From Narcine bancroftii (lineage: Eukaryota), in NCBI RefSeq assembly GCF_036971445.1, contig NC_091473.1, positions 205,030,377-205,094,376 on the forward strand: DNA of 64,000 bases, given 5' to 3'. Below, one piece after another: positions 33,971 to 46,839 of the stretch. Within the stretch, counting starts at the first letter, position 1. Each line of letters opens with the position of its first letter. Both the position numbers and the translations under genes were made by a program. The notes under the pieces are model-generated. The model was not told where the DNA came from. It made no database searches and saw nothing but the letters and a program-made list of their open reading frames with translations.

Positions 33971-34689
33971 CTGTCAACTTCTCCAGGGTCCACAGCAGGA
34001 CCTGGCTATCAGCTGCGTGGTGGAGAGGGGAGAGTGGTGAGTAGAGGCATGGGGAAGAGTGAAGGGGGTGTTGAGAGGGAGAGGGGAAGGAGAGGAGGGG
34101 ACAGAGGAGGAGAGAAGGGGTGGAAGAGAGGGGGCTGGGAGAGAAAGGGGTGGAGATGGGTAAAGGGGGGGCACGAGAGGGAGAGGGGAGAGTGGTGAGT
34201 ATAGGGGGAGAGTGAGGGGATGAGGAGAGAGAGAGGGGAAGAGGGGAGAAGAAGGGACAGAGGGGGTGGGAGAGAGGTAGAGAGAGGGTGGGGGAAGAGA
34301 GGGCTGGGAGAGATCAGGGTGGGGAGGGGTAGAGAGGGAGAGAGGGGGGAGAGGAGGGGAAGAGGGGAGGAAGAGTGGGGAAGAGGGGTGGAGGAGGGAA
34401 AGGGGGTGGAGAGAGGTAGGGAGAGGGGGTGGGGGAGCAAGGGGGCTGGGAGAGAGCGGGGTGAGGAGGGGTAGAGAGAGAAGGGGAGATGGGGAGAGGA
34501 GAGTGAGGGCAGGAGAGAGGGGAGGGGGAATGAGGGAGGTGCGGGGAGGAGAGGAGGGGGAGGGAGAAGAGTGGGGATAGAGATGGGGGCAACAAGAGGC
34601 CCTGCGGGATGGGTATAAAAATAAACGGGATATTTTCTAAATGGGGAGGAAATTGAAAATACCCAGATGCGAAGGGAGCAAGGAGTCCT

Positions 34690-35290
34690 CGTGAAGATCA
34701 CCTGGAGGTTTGGTCAAGGGTGTAGAAGGAAAACGCAGTGCTGCCCTTCACTTCACGACGGATGGAATGTAAGAGCAGGGATGTGATGTTGAGGCTCTAT
34801 AAGGGATGGGTGAGATCTCACGTGGAGAATTGTGAGCAGTTTTGGGGTCCTCATTTAAGGAAGGATGTGCTGCCATTGGAGAGGGTTCAGAGGAGGTTTA
34901 GAGGAGGATTCTGGGGATGAAGGGCTTATCCTATGAGGAAGGCTCTTGCCCTGTTGTCATTAGAATTTGAGAGAATGAGGGGGATCTCATTGAAATATTT
35001 TTGACGTTCAAAGGCGTGGACAGAGTAGATGTAGAAAGGTTGTTTCCCCACAAGTAATCCTTTATTAGAGGCCACAACTTCAGGATTGAAGGACGTCCAC
35101 TTAGAACAGAGATGTGGAGGAATTTCTTCAGCCAGAGGGTGGTAAATCAGTAGAATTTATTGACCCAGGTGATGGTGGAGGCCAGGTCATTGGGTGTACT
35201 TAAGATAAATATTGAAAGGTTTCTTATTAGACAGGGCATCCAAAATTATGGGGAGAAGGCCGGGCAGTGGGGCTGAGTGGGACAATGAAT
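34690..35290 (+). mobile_element. CR1/L2-like LINE (LINE-A family) 3' fragment in an intron.
   Basis: Plus-frame translation gives RDVMLRLYKGWVRSHVENCEQFWGPHLRKDVLPLERVQRRF...LSYEERL...LEFERMRGDLIEIF..KGVDRVDVERLFP...GHNFRIEGRPLRTEMWRNFFSQRVV. It parallels the C-terminus of the 21016-22908 ORF. Confidence 0.7.
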
Positions 35291-35581
35291 CAGTTCATGA
35301 TTGAATGGCAGGCCAGACTCAGTGGGCTGAACAGCCTATTTCTGCTCCTGTGTCTACAGTCTCGTTGGAGAGAGAGAGGGCAGAGAGATATCAGGGCAGT
35401 GAGAGTTCGGGGGGGGTAAAAGATTGCAGTGGGGGGGGGAACAGAGGTCGCAGAAAAGGCTGTCAGGTCAGGGTGAGTTGTCAGGAGGGTGCGAGAAGTT
35501 GGGGAAACGAGCAGTTGAAGGGAAGGAGAGGTCGGGGGAAGGAGAGGTCGTGGGGCAGGAGGAGCAAAGGTCACTGCTCAC

Positions 35582-35798
35582 CAGAAGCCGAGGCCAGGAG
35601 CTCCTGGGATTGGGTGAGTGAGACCAGAGGTCCCAAGTGCCCCTGTCCAAGGGCTTTGCTCTGGATGCTCCCCTCCTTCAGCCTCCACACCCCAAGGCGG
35701 CCATCTTCCCCACCCGTGGCCAGGAGCTCCTCGCCGCTCAACCACAGCACACACCACACTGGCAGTCTCGACACCTCGCTCTCTGCAGACAGCTCCCC
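35582..35798 (-). CDS. WD40 exon. Translation is ELSAESEVSRLPVWCVLWLSGEELLATGGEDGRLGVWRLKEGSIQSKALGQGHLGPLVSLTQSQELLASAS. Acceptor cccaacag, donor gtgagcag.
   Basis: WD signature ATGGEDGRLGVW. Splice sites were read directly. Confidence 0.5.
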
Positions 35799-36611
35799 TG
35801 TTGGGGTTGGGGGAGAGGGGTCAGTTCCGGCCATCTACCTGTCTGTCCCCAGAATCACACATCACCCTGTCCCCAACAGCAACCCTCTCCCTGTCTGCAG
35901 CCAGTCCCACTGTCTCCCCGTCTGCCGCCAGTCCCACCGTCTTCCCGTCTGCTGCCGGTCCAATCATCATCCCGTCTTCTACTGGTCTGGCTGCCTCTCT
36001 GTCTGGCACCAGTCCCACCATCTCCCCGTCTGCCACCAGTCCCACCATTTCCCCATCTGCCACCAGTCCCATCATCTCCTCGTCTGCCACTAGTCCCACC
36101 AACTCCCCGTCTACTACCGGTCCCACTGTCTCCCCAACTGCCACTGGTCCCATTGTCTCCCTGTCTGCCACCGGTCCCATTGTCTCCCTGTCTGCCACCG
36201 GTTCCATCATCTCCCTGGCTGCCACCGGTCCCACCATCTCCCTGGCTGCCACCGGTCCCACCATCTCCCTGGCTGCCACTGGTCCCACGTCTTCCTGTCT
36301 GCTACAGTTCTAGCCGTCTCCCTGTCCTGTTCCCTTCAGAACCTCCCAACCCCACTCTTCTCTCACCCCTGCCCCTACACCACATCCTCCTCCTCTCCTA
36401 CAACTTTCCCTACCTCACATCACCCTCCCCTCTTTCCATTTCCTTCCCCTACCAACTCCTATTGCCTCCCCCTCCATTCCCACCTCCCCCCTCCTACATC
36501 TGTTGTACCCTTCTCTCCCACCTCCCCCTTGTAACCCGCTCCATCCTACAACCTCCCTTCCCATCCCGACTCCCCTACTGTCCCCTCCGCCCATCTCCCC
36601 CCTCCCTGTAC

Positions 36612-36765
36612 CTGTCCTGACCACGAACACCTTCACCCGCCCATCGTGGTAGCCTACGGCCACCAGACCTCCTGGGTCGCTGACTGACAGGCAGAGGGCA
36701 GGGCTCTCCCCACCCTCCCTGAACTCCTGGCACCGCTGTCCCAGCGAGCCTGACCACACTCGAAC
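36612..36765 (-). CDS. WD40 exon. Translation is RVWSGSLGQRCQEFREGGESPALCLSVSDPGGLVAVGYHDGRVKVFVV(RT). Acceptor cccgcag; the donor is ambiguous (gtgttc or gtacag).
   Basis: WD signature VAVGYHDGRVKVF. The acceptor is strong. The 3' boundary is uncertain by about 20 bp. Confidence 0.5.
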
Positions 36766-38229
36766 CTGCGGGGGGAGAGGGGGGGGAGGGGGAGGGGGGG
36801 GTAAGGGTTTGGGGGAGGTGAGGGGAGGGAGGAGAGAGACCAGGCAGGATTATTCACCAAACTGCAGATGCACACTTCCGCACTCCCCTCCACCATCCCA
36901 CCCTCCATCCCCTCCCCCCCGCCCACAGTCAGCTCCTCCTCCCTTGCCCATTGTCCCTACCCATACACCAGCCTGTCTCCTCCCCTCCCTATTGATCTGT
37001 CCCCATCTTCCCCTCACCAATTTCCCTTGCGCCAAGGAGGAAGACGGGGGAGAGGCAGGGAGGAACATGGGAGGGAGAAAGATGGGGAGGGAGGATAGAA
37101 AGGGGAAGAAGATGTGGGGGATGGAGGAAACGAAGGGGAAGGGTGGGGCATAGGGTTGATGGGGAGGGATGAGGGAGGGAGAGATGTGGGAGGGATGAGG
37201 GGGAGGAAAGGGAGCCCCCTCACTACTCCCCCACTGCCCCTCCTCTGCTAAACAGCCCCACTCCCACACCAGTCCCCCTGCCCTCCCATCCTCCCCTTCC
37301 CTTGACTCCCCCTCCTCCACACCTCCCCTTCCCCTTGAATATTCCCCATATCCCCCTCCAAACCCACACCTCTACCCTCGCTGCCCACTAGCCCATCCCG
37401 CTCCAACCACACCACCCCCCCTCCATCTACCTGTTGGTCATCCCCGGTTGACAAGAGGAGCCGTCCCCCATCAAGGAAATGGAGGCTGGTGACAGGACCC
37501 CAGTGGGCTTGGTAACCTCCGGCTGGGCAGCCGGTCTCCAGGCACCAGTGTAGGACATCACCCAGCAGTGAGGCTGAGACTAAACCCTCTCCGTCTGGGC
37601 AGAATGACAGGGCTCGGACTGCAGACTGGTGTCCATGAAGAACCTGGGGGGAGGGAGAGAGATAAAGGGAAGAGAGAGTGGGGGAGATAGAGGGAAAGGC
37701 AGGAAAGGTTGAGGGAGAGGGGAAAAGAGGGAGGGGGAAAAGAGAGGGGAAAAGAGGGAGGGGGAAAAGAGGGAGGGGGAAAAGAGGGAGGGGGAAAAGA
37801 GGGAGGGGGAAGGGGGAAAGGAGGGGGAGGGGGAAGAGGGAGGGGGAGGGGGATAGAAAGAGAGAGGTGGGGAGGAGAAGAAGGAGAGGAAGGAAGGGAA
37901 GAAGGAGTGGTAGAGGGATGGGTAGAGGGAGGATGGGGAAACAGGGAGCAGGAGGAGGGGAAAGAGGGGGGAAGGGGGAGAGATGAGAGTGTCAGATCCT
38001 ATGTTTAAACACCACCCCTCTCACCCACTGCTACATGTACACACACATATGTTTATATTTGCATATGCCCCCCTGTTGTGTGTGTCTGTGTGTGCGTATG
38101 TGAGAGAGAGAGGGACAGGGAGTCTGAGGTCAGTAGGACAAGGGTCTGGAACTTGGTGGGACAGTGAGGAGGTGGGGAGACAGGGGTTGGGGATATGGGA
38201 AGCGGGGTGACTGAAGAATGAAGAGACAT

Positions 38230-38520
38230 TGGACAGGAATACAGGGGCTGAAGAATTTGAGAGACGGGGTTGGGGAGTTGGGGGTGTGGTGCATTGGAGA
38301 GACGGGGCTTGGTTAGGGAGATGGGAAGGGTGTGGAGGATCGGAGAGACGGGGTCAGGGAGACGGGAGGGGCGTGGAACATTGGAGAGACGGGCTTGGTC
38401 GGGGTGACGGAGGGCGTGGAGGATCAGAGAGACGGGGTCAGGGTGACGGTGGGGCGTGAAGCATTGGAGAGACAGGGTCGGGGAGACGGGAGGGGCGCGG
38501 AGGATCGGAGAGACGGGGTC
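38230..38520. repeat. Intronic minisatellite with a ~60-65 bp unit (ggagagacggggtcagggagacgggaggggcgtggaacatt...).
   Basis: About 4-5 units were read directly. Confidence 0.7.
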
Positions 38521-38559
38521 AGGGTGATGGATATCGTGAAAACGGGAGACTGGACTCAC

Positions 38560-38685
38560 CCACACGAGACACGCAGTCACCCAGTTCCACAGTCGGACGG
38601 TCTGGTCCCAGCCCCCTGCAGACACCAGCTGACCATGGGGGTGAAAGGCCACGCAGTTCAGTGGGGAGGGTCCGGTCAACTCCAC
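38560..38685 (-). CDS. WD40 exon. Translation is VELTGPSPLNCVAFHPHGQLVSAGGWDQTVRLWNWVTACLVW. Acceptor ctgcag, donor gtgagtcc.
   Basis: WD signature SAGGWDQTVRLWNW. Confidence 0.55.
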
Positions 38686-39229
38686 CTGCAGCACCCCCAA
38701 GGAGGAGTCCCATACCTGGGGAGAGATACCGCACCGGTGGTTACTCTCAGTTCCCTTCCTCCACCCGTTCCTGCCCCCTAACCTTTCCCAACCCCACCAC
38801 TACCCTTCCTCCCACCCATGTTACCATAAACTTTTCCATCCCCACTCTCCTCCCTCCCCAGCCCTGTCTCCCTTAACCCTCCATGCCCCCCTCTACTATC
38901 TTCCACTGTCCCCACTTTCCACATTCTTGGTCAACTTTGGAAATCTGACCTGGGCAACTCCTTCAATCTCCTCCTCCACCCCCCCCCCCCCCATTGCTCC
39001 ACCCCCTCCCCTCCTCATCTACCTCCCTCCATCCCAGCTCATCCCCCTGCCATGCCACCTACCTCTCCCCCCACCTTGCCTCCCCCTTCTCTCACCTGCC
39101 TCTCCCTCCCTTCGAGGCTCTCTCCCTTACCCCACCCCCACCCTGCTGGGACACTGCAGGCCACTGGGTGTCTGCGGGCCACATCTGGGCTGGGGAGGGA
39201 GGGAACAGTGACACCACAGCGGGTCGCAC

Positions 39230-39330
39230 CTTCACCGACCGGTCCCAGGAACTGGTTGCCAGCTGCTTCCCGTCCGGAGATATGGCACATCCAGTGATCC
39301 GACCGGAGTGAGCTTCGAGGATGCGGTACC
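39230..39330 (-). CDS. WD40 exon. Translation is YRILEAHSGRITGCAISPDGKQLATSSWDRSVK. Acceptor ccctccag, donor gtgcgac.
   Basis: WD signature AHSGRITGCAISPDGKQLATSSWDRSVK. Confidence 0.6.
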
Positions 39331-39449
39331 TGGAGGGTGAGGGAGGATGGAAATGAGTGTGGGGAAGAGAAGGAGGGAGAGCAGGATGGAGGGCCAGGAA
39401 GGAATGGCGACATGGGTCAAAGGGAGTGGAAAGCAGGAAGGGGAGGGGA

Positions 39450-39800
39450 AGGGAGGCCAAAAAAGGGAGAAGGGGACAGAGGGAGTGGGAGACAAGGTGG
39501 ACAGAGGGAGGGGGAGGTAAGAGGGAGGGAGGGGGAGGTGAGAGGGGGACAGAGGGAGGGGGAGGTGAGAGGGGGACAGAGGGAGGGGGAGGTGAGAGAG
39601 GGACAGAAGAAGAGGGAGGGAGGGAGAAGGAGGGGACAGAGGGGGAGGCAAGATGGCGACAGAGAGGGACGGAGGGGGGAGGCGAGAGGGGAGCGGAGGG
39701 AGGGAGGGGGAGCCGAGAGGGTGATGGAGGGAGGGGGAGCCGAGAGGGGGAATGGAGGGAGGGGGAGCCGAGAGGGGGATGGAGGGAGAGGAAGGGGGAA
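39450..39800. repeat. GA-rich minisatellite with a ~33 bp unit (gggacagagggagggggaggtgagagg).
   Basis: Read directly. The ORFs 39337-40011 and 39357-39884 (G/R/E-rich) are artefacts of this repeat. Confidence 0.8.
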
Positions 39801-40148
39801 AGATGGGCAGGAAGGGGGAATGGAGGGAGGGGGAGAGGGGAATTGGGAATGGGGCAAAAGGGATGGAAGAGGGGAGGTCGGTAGAGATCGGGACAGGATA
39901 GGGGAGGCGAGAAGGGGATGGAGAGAGGGGAGGGGAGAGAAGGGGGACAAAAGAGGGGTGAGGAGAATGGGCTGGGGAGAAGGGGATGCAGGGTGGGAGG
40001 GGGGAGGTTAGTGGGGGGTGGGGGAGAAAAGAGTTCAGGATACAAATAGACCCAGAGAACTCTAACAGGGTTGTACTGGGGGAGGTGGGGGTGGAATTTC
40101 CTCCTGGAGGAAATGACGACAGAGTGAGACCACCCCTCACCCTCTCAC

Positions 40149-40263
40149 CTGCAGCCCTCGCTGAGGTCCCAAACCTCTAGCTTCCCGTCGAAGGAGGCAG
40201 CGCAGGTCAGGGAGCCCTGCAGAACAGCACAATCCGAGATCCCATCGCATCCACTGGCCACTG
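40149..40263 (-). CDS. WD40 exon. Translation is ELRSVASGCDGISDCAVLQGSLTCAASFDGKLEVWDLSEGCR. Acceptor cccacacag, donor gtgagagg.
   Basis: WD signature ASFDGKLEVWDL. Confidence 0.6.
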
Positions 40264-40779
40264 AGCGTAGTTCCTGTGTGGGTGGGGAGGGAAGAGGAGA
40301 GAGCTGCCGTGAGCAGAGGTAAGATCCCTCCCCTTCCCTTTCCACCCTCCCCTCTGCCTTGGAGGGATCCTGTTGCTGGGTGCGAGAGGTCGGGCATCTC
40401 TCTGGGCGGGAGGAGTAGGGATCTGACCCACTTCCCCATCCACTCACCCGCAAACCCCCTCACCACTGTGCCTAGGGTCGGGGCCATGTAGAGGGGGGAT
40501 GGAGCTGAGTGAGGTGTGGGAGGGGTGGATGGGCTTCTGTCCTGGGGTCCGACATCTCTCCATGCCCCTCTTCTTCCTTCACCCCATTCCTTGGATGGGA
40601 GGCAGGTCCCTTGGGTCAGGTGTAGGGCTACTGTCCAGCAGGGGTGATGGGGAAATGGGGGCGGGGTTCTATGCTGGGATCTGACCCACCTCCCACCCTT
40701 AGACAGGACCCTGGCCATGGAGCCATGTACCATGGGTTGGGTGGGGGAAGGGGGGGTTCCATGCTGGGGTCTGACCCAC

Positions 40780-40898
40780 CTGGCCACTCTCCAGATGGAG
40801 AAGGTGGAGGCTGCCCTCGCTGGTTGCCACCACGCACATCTCTCCTCCGGGACACAAGGCGACACACTCTGGCTTGGCCCCAACCCGCATCACTCTGC
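40780..40898 (-). CDS. Host-gene exon (first WD-like or linker exon). Translation is SRVMRVGAKPECVALCPGGEMCVVATSEGSLHLLHLESGQ. Acceptor tctccccag, donor gtgggtcag.
   Basis: Splice sites and frame were read on the minus strand. Confidence 0.5.
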
Positions 40899-41214
40899 TG
40901 GGGAGATCGGAGGGGTGGAAGGGAGGAAGACACACATCGGTCAACTGGAAGAAGGCCACAGCTGCAAAATGGTTAAAACAGGCAGAATCACGGACCCTGG
41001 GATACACACTGCACCTGGAATAAACACACGCACATACAGATTGTCACAAAGACAGACAGACACATTCACACACGTGCCGGAGAGTCAGCAGGTCATGCAG
41101 TGCCGATGCAAGGTAAATGGGTGACTAACAGTTCTGGCCTCAGCCGATCATCAAGGTGTGAGCAAAAAGCAGGGGCAGGCACCTGAATTAAAAGGTGGGG
41201 GATGGGGGGGGGGA

Positions 41215-41425
41215 AGATACTTAAATTAAAAATAATTATACAAACAGCATGGAAACAGGCTCGTTTGGCCCATGAGTCCATGCTGCCCAATTAACCTACA
41301 GCCCCACCCTAGTACATTTTGAACAGTGGGAACCCCCAGGGAAAACCCACGCAGACACAGGGAGGGCGTACAAACTCCTCACAGACAGCGCGGAATTTGA
41401 AACAGGCTCGCTGACGCTATGCTAA
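41215..41425 (-). mobile_element. SINE copy 2 (same family as 25541-25800). The head is truncated.
   Basis: acagcatggaaacaggc...ggaaaacccacgcagacacagggagggcgtacaaactcctcacagacagcg is the inverse complement of the family core. Confidence 0.55.
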
Positions 41426-41439
41426 GGTGGAGTAGAGGA

Positions 41440-41960
41440 GGGAGAATAGGGGAGGAGCATAGGCCAACAGATAAGCAGCCACAGGTGGATCCAGGTGGGA
41501 GAGTAGTAGAGAAAGAAGCTGAGAAGTGATAGGGGGAGGGGGTAGCTCTGAATGGAGAGGGAAGGTTAAGGGGGGCAGGGGTGAGGAGTTGAAGGAAAGG
41601 GGGCAGAGGGATCAGGAAAGAGAGACACAAGGGAACTGGAGGAGTTGATGTTAATGCCACCTGGCTGAGAGGGCCCCGGCAGAATATCAGGTGGCTTCAG
41701 TTTGGCAGTGCACAAGGCCATGGATGGTTATGTCGGTGTGGGATGGGACATGCAATTGAAGTGGCTGCTCGCTGGGAGGGCCCTGTTAATGCAGCGGAGT
41801 GAAGGTGCTCAACGACACAATCTCCCAGTCCGCGCCCAACCTCTCCAGCGTGGAGGGGACCATGCAGGCAGCAGCGGATGTGGAGGAAAATCTGAACACA
41901 AAGGGTTAAGGGTTCACCCATAAGTTGCTTACAAGAACATACAAGAATCAGTTGCATATT
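41440..41960 (+). repeat. Unclassified interspersed repeat. Related copies lie at 25060-25300 and 48180-48290.
   Basis: Shared strings are ctctgaatggagagggaagg...ggccc.g.cagaatatcaggtg and gaaaat.tgaacacaaagggttaagggttcac.cataagttgcttacaagaacatacaaga.tcagttgca. Confidence 0.5.
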
Positions 41961-43299
41961 GTTTAAGTGGAGGCAGGGAACCTCAAGGTTGCGATTTATC
42001 TGCAGACTCGCTTATCTGCAGACATAATAAGCTTTGCTGTGAAACAATGATTAAATTATTGCCAAATGTTAACAATGATAAAACTATTGTCAGGTTGACC
42101 GCAACAGGAAGCCCACATGCAGGAATGCACTGTCATTTTGTATATAAACTCTGCTAAAACTGGTTGTGAGCAGAGCAAGCTCAGGCTAGGTGCTGGCCAT
42201 ACTCTCCAAGATATCTTGCTAATAAAGCTCTTCCAAAGCGTTAACCTGGTGTCGGTAGTTGATTATTTCTCCGCAACAAATCTGGCGCTGCAAGCAGGAT
42301 CCTATTTGACAGGATCACGAACCTGGGACTGAGGGTCCCGTAGGAGTGAGTGGGCGACGGCCATAGCCAAGAACCTAGCTGAAAGGGGGGTGAGGCAGGC
42401 TCACACACCGAGATCACCGCTTGAGAGGGTGAGGGTAGGAGTCTCTCTATTGAAAACAGGGGGGGGGGGAAGACGGAGAAGTAGAACCCCAGGGTGACAA
42501 CGCGGACAGAGGAGGCACCGGTGCACATGCTGCTGTAAAGTAAGGGAACTGACAACTGTGTATATATTGTATAACTGTTAAGATTTAACAGGAGACCAAG
42601 ATGAGAAATCAGCTCAGCAAGGCAATTATTCCCAGTTGAGCACACGTCTGTTCCCGAGCCACGACAACGACCCTGATAAAGAAAGCCACTAAAGACCTGA
42701 GGAAAGGAACAACGGAGACGTCGCCAACTGGTAGGAGATCCGCTGCAGCCTCTGGGCTCGCCAGCTGACATCGTGATGAGAGAAACGGGAAACTGGAATT
42801 ATGCCGTCCTATTCAGTAATGATCTATATGGGTGGTTCACGAATGAATAGCCGTATGGGGGTAGTTTTAATTTAAAGCTAGTAGCAGATCTGAAAAATTT
42901 ACTAATAATGAAGGATTTGGGATCTCGGATATTTTAATGGGTATTTTAATAAGTGGACAGAGGTTGCAGTGGCATCAGCCCATGACCAAAAAGGAAGGAA
43001 AAGGGACAGACCCTAATTCGGAGCTTCCCGGGCTCCCTTCACACTCCCCCAGAGCACCATCTGCACCTCCGGCCATGGCCTCCACGCCTCCTGTCGGCCT
43101 GTATCCCCAGTTATCTGTTGGATGGGAAGGGACTGGGACAACCTGGTCCAGGCAGCAGTGGCTTATGTCAGCAGGCCGCGGGACGGGGCCACCATCGGGC
43201 CCGCACGTCAGGCTGAACCTCCTGTTTCATGGGAGGAGAATGTTGCCTCGGTGCCTGATGCTTCAGGGCACAGAGAACCCAGGTCTGAGAAAGGATTGG

Positions 43300-45900
43300 A
43301 GTAACAATGCGTAGTGGGGGGTGGGCAAAGGAAAAGCCAGATTCAACAAGTCAAATGCCCCGCAAAATGATCGGAGACACCCCCATACTAAAGCCCTGGA
43401 TGCCCACTGAGGCACGGGACATGATTAGAGCAGTACCAGACCCAATAAGGAGACCCATAGCGTTCCACCATTGGCTGCAGCAAACCTGCGCCATCTGTCA
43501 TCCCTTGCTCGGCGACGTCCGTATGCCGTTACAAGCTGCCGATGGATCCCACTGCCAGGCAGTAAAAGAATCTTTCCTAGTCCCGATAGGAGAAAATGGG
43601 AGAAGTAATGCGCTGCCTCCAGAAGGCTGGGAAAGAAACAATTGATTTTGTGGTTCGTTTTTAAAACATTTGGAAAGAAAATGCTGGGGTGTCTTCACAA
43701 GATAACCAATCCTTGGCTGTGCAGACCTTGCTAAATTGCCTGCTACCCCAAAATGTATAAGATTAAACAATTGGATTGGCAGGGAAAGAATTGAGCTAAC
43801 ACTGTTACTGTATTGAATAATATGGACAGAGAAGGGTTATTCATCTAGAAGAAGCGGACCCAGTTTTATATGTATACAAAGAACAAACATAAGGGAGAGG
43901 GTGGCCGAGAGTGGGGCAGGCCCCGGGATAAGAACCAGGGTCAGTGCCGAAATTGCGGAACGAAGGGTCATTGGGTACAGGAATGTAGAAGCCAGCCCCA
44001 GGGAAGAGGATAGCAAAGAGGATGCCCATTGCCTGAGCGACCCTGAGCCTTATCGAAATCCCTTTGTGGGCCAGGACTGTAACCAGTTCTCCTTTCAGCA
44101 GTCCAAACCGTAGGGGTGCCTGGAGGAGCCGGTGGTACAGGCCCCCCTCCTCCAATTGTCCTTAGATGGAGAAAGCCAGCCTATGCTTAATGTGCAGGTG
44201 GGAGGCAAAAGAGAGTTTGATGTTGGTGGATACTGGGGCCACCATGTCATCTGTGCCACCATCCACAGGATTACCCCCGAGTGAAAAAACTGTAGGTAGC
44301 ATTGGGGTGTCCAGGACCCTTATGACTGACCATTTCACAACCCACCATCCTGACAGTGGGAGATGGTCAAGTAGAGGAAAGATTGGTTGTGTCACCCATG
44401 ACCCCTGTCCTTATCTTAGGGAGACAAGCTCTCTGCAAACTTAATGCTACTTTATATTGTACCGAGGAGGGTATTTATATGCAACTGCCCGGCGCTAATA
44501 TATACCAGCATTTGTTGTGCGATTCTAAGCAGGAACACGACAATCCCCACGTTGTCCATGACACTCACTTGAGATGTCACTACTCCGGAGCAGCTTCAAA
44601 TAATACAGGAGCTGGAATTGAAAACCGCCCAAGAAACAGCTTCCGCCCAAGAGCAGTGTATGTGGGACACAAACGTGGAAGAGTAAAGACGGAAGGATAG
44701 AGTGCCTGTGAAGTCTATATTGGCCCATAGTAAAACTGGCTCACAGGCAAGCCCACATGGGAAAGGTGGGAATGCTGCATCATATAAAGCAGATATGGTT
44801 TGCCCCCGGAATTTCTACAAACATAGAAAGACAAGTGAGGAATTGTCTAATCTGTCAGCAGAACAATCGGGGACGTTCATCTGCCAAATATGATCGATTA
44901 CCCCCTGCTCAGGCCCCCTTTGAGAACTTGTAGATTGACTTTGCCCATATGCCCCCTTGTAAAGGGTACAAGTACTGGCTGGTTTTAGTGGATATGTTTA
45001 CCTGATGGATAGAAGCCTACCCGACTAGGAGAGATGATGCCCAGACAGTGGCCAAAGTCCTGATGAAGGAATTGATTCCCTGCTACAGGATCCCCAGAGG
45101 GATAAATAGCAATAGAGGGACCCATTTTACGGGAAAAATAGTGGTAGCCCTGACTGAGATAATGAGGAATCCAATGGTGCTCAGGCCAGAGATATTTCTG
45201 AGACAGCCAAACATGAAACTTTGAATTTTGCCACCCCCTCAAATAAAACAGATTCCCAGAGCCTTGTGGGCCTCCTAAGTTATTGGCAGCAGAACCTACC
45301 CCACCTTACCATGCTCTTTAGACCATCCTATAGGGTCTCCCATAGGAAAGCCACATTCCTCTGGGGAGCAGAACAACAGGCTGCTTTTGACACAGCAAAG
45401 CAAGCTGTTGAACAAGCACTGCCCCTTCTCCCCTGCCAGGCAGGTGTTCCTTTTAAATTACAGATTTTGGCCAGTAAGGCAGGTGCTGAATGGATTCTCC
45501 GGCAGAAGATCCAAGGGTGCAGAGTCCTGCTAGTCTTCTGGAGAAAATCTCTGCCTGGTGCTGCCACTCACTACAAGCCATTTGAGACCGGGACATCGGC
45601 CAACACGTTCCTCAGGGTTGTTTATGAATTTGCGAGCACCTGTACAGTGACACCGAACTGACTACTGTCCAACAAGACAGTTCGTCATGTATTACGAAAA
45701 AAATCAGCAAGAGAACAGCTGTTGCTCTGGAAACTATTGCTGGACATCTTGTCAAGCCTTGAACTTTTTAAAATTGCATGTTTTGCTGTGGTTTTTACAA
45801 TACATAATGTCTCTAAGCACACTCAGAGAAACTGAAATTTATAGATATATAATCGCAGTGTGGATAATGAGGAATCCAATGGTGCTCAGGCCAGAGATAT
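43300..45900 (+). mobile_element. Degraded LTR-retrotransposon/ERV-like remnant. It has a gag CCHC zinc knuckle (CRNCGTKGHWVQEC, ~43930-43990), a DTGA aspartic protease (LVDTGATMSSV, 44166-44444), an integrase HHCC plus core (ICQQNN...IDFAHMPPCKGYKYWLVLVDMFT.WIEAYP...GINSNRGTHFTGK, ~44740-45200) and an RT-RNaseH connection-like segment (45221-45661). The order is non-canonical.
   Basis: Motifs were read from plus-strand translations. Integrase precedes the RT-connection segment. A 39-bp segment ataatgaggaatccaatggtgctcaggccagagatattt is duplicated at 45161-45199 and 45862-45900. These indicate rearrangement. Confidence 0.55.
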
Positions 45901-46839
45901 TTGGATGTAAAGATACAGTTTGTGAGCTGACCAGTCAACGATCAGACCATGGTAGGAAACATCGTATATATTTTGTTTTGCAATGACGGCATCACCCCAG
46001 AAACTCCCATTAACAGAAAAATACCTCATGGGGTGGGGACTGTGGGAGCCTTTATTTAAAAACGATAAATTGGGTAATTTTTTGTCCTGACTCCTCCTGG
46101 CTATTGTTACAGGGATCCAACGCAGGCACTTGGGGCTCCCGTTGAAAGAGAACATGAGCAGGAATGGCATCCTAGTGTCAAACGTCAGCCCAAAAAAGCA
46201 GACGTTCCAGGTACATCCCGGATGTAGACCTGCTGGCCTGCCCCCTGCCTCACCATGGGGTAGCATGGTGAGAGGCACCTGGGCTCTGTGCCTGAGGAGT
46301 GCCCAAGCATGAGGCCAAGGCGCAGGATGTGCAAGCCAAGAGAGGGCTCTGGCACCTGATGGATGACCTTGCTCTGCCTGCTCGCAGACGTTGGTAAGGG
46401 CGCTCACACATTTGCTAGCTAAGCCGGAGAACCCAGCATAGGAGTTGGTGACCAAATAAATTCCTTTTTCTATCCTCCCCTCTGACACTGGGGAGCAGCT
46501 CCCACAGCACCCTGCCTCATTGGTAACACAATAACCCTGTTTGATCAGGGGTGCGGGGACTGGTGAGGTGTTGTCATTGAATTTGTCCAGCATTCGGACG
46601 GGACTAATGAATATATTGACCTACTTGATCAGTATTTTTTTTTACATGTTTTGACTTGTAACATACAAGTTATTGATTGTCTCATGAATGGCAAGTGGTG
46701 TGACCTCCAAGGGGTGGATTGTATTGGGAACCTGGAGGCAGGTAGAAGATTATTGCATTGCACACAGCCAGCAACTCCTCACTCCCCTTATTAATTATAC
46801 CCGTTTGGATAGATTGATTAATGAAAATGACCAAATTAC

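Noticed and set aside
24300-40100. Many overlapping G/R/E-rich or P/S/L-rich ORFs (for example 39337-40011, 34009-34701, 35637-36620).
   Set aside because: They are artefacts of purine-rich (GGGAGAGG...) or pyrimidine-rich low-complexity intronic sequence, open in several frames on both strands. The real exons here are the short splice-bounded WD40 exons listed above.
45886-46593. A 235-aa minus-strand ORF with a C-X6-CC-like string (QGYCVTNEAGCC) that resembles the gamma-type retroviral Env TM motif.
   Set aside because: There is no upstream immunosuppressive-domain-like sequence, heptad repeat or SU region in frame. The reading frame breaks immediately upstream. It is probably a coincidental or highly eroded fragment.
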